Assembly (NCBI GenBank): GCA_963766735.1
Contig: CAVYBU010000003.1
Location: 96,001 to 160,000 of the forward strand
Length of the DNA: 64,000 nt
Direction of reading: 5' to 3'
From: an uncultured Chloroflexia bacterium
GTDB taxonomy: Bacteria; Chloroflexota; Limnocylindria; Limnocylindrales; CSP1-4
Made by a program: the position numbers and the translations under genes. The notes beneath the pieces were generated by a model that had not been told where the DNA came from, did not search any database, and worked only from the letters and a program-made list of their open reading frames with translations. Below, one piece after another: positions 62,650 to 64,000 of the stretch; the first letter of the stretch is position 1, and the number at the start of each line of letters is the position of its first letter.

Positions 62650-63497
62650 AGCATCCCCGGGTTCGGGACCAGGCGCGCCGGGTCAACCAGGCCGGGCTCG
62701 CTGGCCATGAACTGGTCCCGCTCCTCGACCATGAAGCCGGCGTCCAGCAGCGTCCGGATCACGGGGCTCGGGCCCTGGAGGAACGCCTGGACGCTGCCGC
62801 CCCGGGCGGCTCGCCGGAGAGCCGCCACCGTTGGCGCCACCGGGTCCGCGCCCGGCCGGACGAGCAGCCGGTCGATGAGACGAACCGGCGATGCCTGCCG
62901 GGCGCGCGCGTAGGCGAACGCCACGACCTCTCCCCGTTCCGCCACCACGAACGCGTCGGCGGCAGCCTGCGATCCCCAGAACGCGTGGTCGAGGGACCGA
63001 TCCGCCCCCGTCCAATCCTCTTCCAGCGCCGCCAGCCGGGTCGGATTCGCGGAAACCGTCTCAAGTGGGCCTCGCGTCACGGGGAGCGATGCCGCGGCGC
63101 CCTCGACATAGAGACAGGCCCACCACGGGCGCATCCCCGCTCGCACGTAGAGGGGCAGGGCGCGCGGGTCGTTCGAGGCGAATGTGGTGCGCCGGGCGGC
63201 TCCGTTGAAGAGGGCGGCAAGGAGCGGCCGGCCGATCCCCTCGCCCAGCCGGTCGGGCAGCACGAACAGGTCCGCCAGGTGGATGGCAAACCCCACGTCC
63301 ACGGTGGCGCCGAACGCGATGACCGCGCCGTCCTGCTCCGTCACCATCGCCCGGTGGTGCGTCACCAGGTGGCGCACGTACGGCCCGATGATGTCCGCGT
63401 ACAGGGCCGGCCCGTCGTTGCCATGGGCAGTCAGGACCACCCGAATCGCCGGGATGTCGTCCGGCGTGGCAGCCCGGATCTCGCGGCCGGTGGTCAT
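62646..63497 (-). CDS. GNAT family N-acetyltransferase
   Basis: LADLFV.P...GEGIGRPLL, ALPLY.RAGM. Confidence 0.8.
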   Translation of the reverse strand: MTTGREIRAATPDDIPAIRVVLTAHGNDGPALYADIIGPYVRHLVTHHRAMVTEQDGAVIAFGATVDVGFAIHLADLFVLPDRLGEGIGRPLLAALFNGAARRTTFASNDPRALPLYVRAGMRPWWACLYVEGAAASLPVTRGPLETVSANPTRLAALEEDWTGADRSLDHAFWGSQAAADAFVVAERGEVVAFAYARARQASPVRLIDRLLVRPGADPVAPTVAALRRAARGGSVQAFLQGPSPVIRTLLDAGFMVEERDQFMASEPGLVDPARLVPNPGML

Positions 63498-63511
63498 CGC
63501 ACGCCCACCGA

Positions 63512-64000
63512 TCAGCCCGTCTTCGCCTGCGGGCCGCGGCCATATCGGGCCATGACGTCCAGCAGCCGGTCGTGGTCCAGGGCATGCGCGGTGATCCCGT
63601 CCCGCCCGGTCAGCGTCCGGGCGGCCAGGAGAGCATTGACGATCGCGGCCTCAGTCGCCTCGATGGCGGCCTGGAACAGCGGGGAGATGGCACGGTCCAC
63701 GACCATCCGTGTCTCCACGGTTCGGCGGGCGTCCCGCTCGCCGGCGGTCTGCGAAAGCCCGCGGTTGCCGGTTGCGAACGCGAGGAACAGGTCGCCAGAG
63801 CCATGCGACGCGATGCTGCCCATCCGGGCGAGGCCCAGGCCGGCGCGCTGGGCCAGCCGCGCGCACTGGTGGGGGAGCAGTGGTGCGTCCGTCGCCAGGA
63901 TCACGATGATCGAGCCGCCGCCGGGTCCCGTCCGGGAGGACATGCCCGGGGCCGCGTCTGTCACCGCGGCGCCGACCAGTGCCTCCTCCTGGTCCCAGGC
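63512..64000 (-). CDS. Peptidase S58 / DmpA (P1) family, 5' truncated
   Basis: G-SIIVILATDAPL autocleavage region, GSGDLFLAFATGN, LFQAAIEATEAAIVNAL. Confidence 0.88.
   Translation of the reverse strand, partial: AWDQEEALVGAAVTDAAPGMSSRTGPGGGSIIVILATDAPLLPHQCARLAQRAGLGLARMGSIASHGSGDLFLAFATGNRGLSQTAGERDARRTVETRMVVDRAISPLFQAAIEATEAAIVNALLAARTLTGRDGITAHALDHDRLLDVMARYGRGPQAKTG

Overview
This is a 64 kb, very GC-rich bacterial chromosomal window made up mostly of core genes. A Chloroflexota-like origin is my inference from gene style and is not verified. Gene order: 3' end of a P1B-type ATPase-hemerythrin fusion, Gfo/Idh/MocA oxidoreductase, tmRNA (tag ANKQPALALAA), glgX-treY-treZ, a divergent two-gene urease-like unit, a Ser/Cys proline-racemase-family gene, smpB, S41 protease, ftsEX, prfB with its programmed +1 frameshift, secA, a coupled parA-parB-gyrB-paaI-alkD-like-gyrA-prs run behind two parS sites, mreD-mrdA-rodA, rplU-rpmA-rpmE, an ABC exporter, SDR and ribokinase genes, an ApbE/ferric-reductase-like cluster, a Zn/Mn ABC operon with Zur and a likely Zur box, dsbA-VKOR, MMPL-lipocalin, kamA and several hypotheticals. 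I saw no integrase, transposase, CRISPR array, rRNA or tRNA. Best candidates for undescribed biology: (1) an unannotated ~140-nt transcription unit upstream of smpB with a promoter, a sequestered 12-nt Shine-Dalgarno, a 16-codon Cys/Ser/Thr-rich peptide ending in an ssrA-like -IAA, a terminator and three upstream palindromes; (2) a urease homolog with intact metal ligands but a remodelled substrate pocket and no adjacent maturation genes; (3) an ApbE plus membrane-cytochrome cluster with two coiled-coil proteins, one ending in a flavinylation-like motif; (4) a twin-CX3CX2C mini-protein translationally coupled to prfB. All assignments come from motif recognition by eye; no searches were run.
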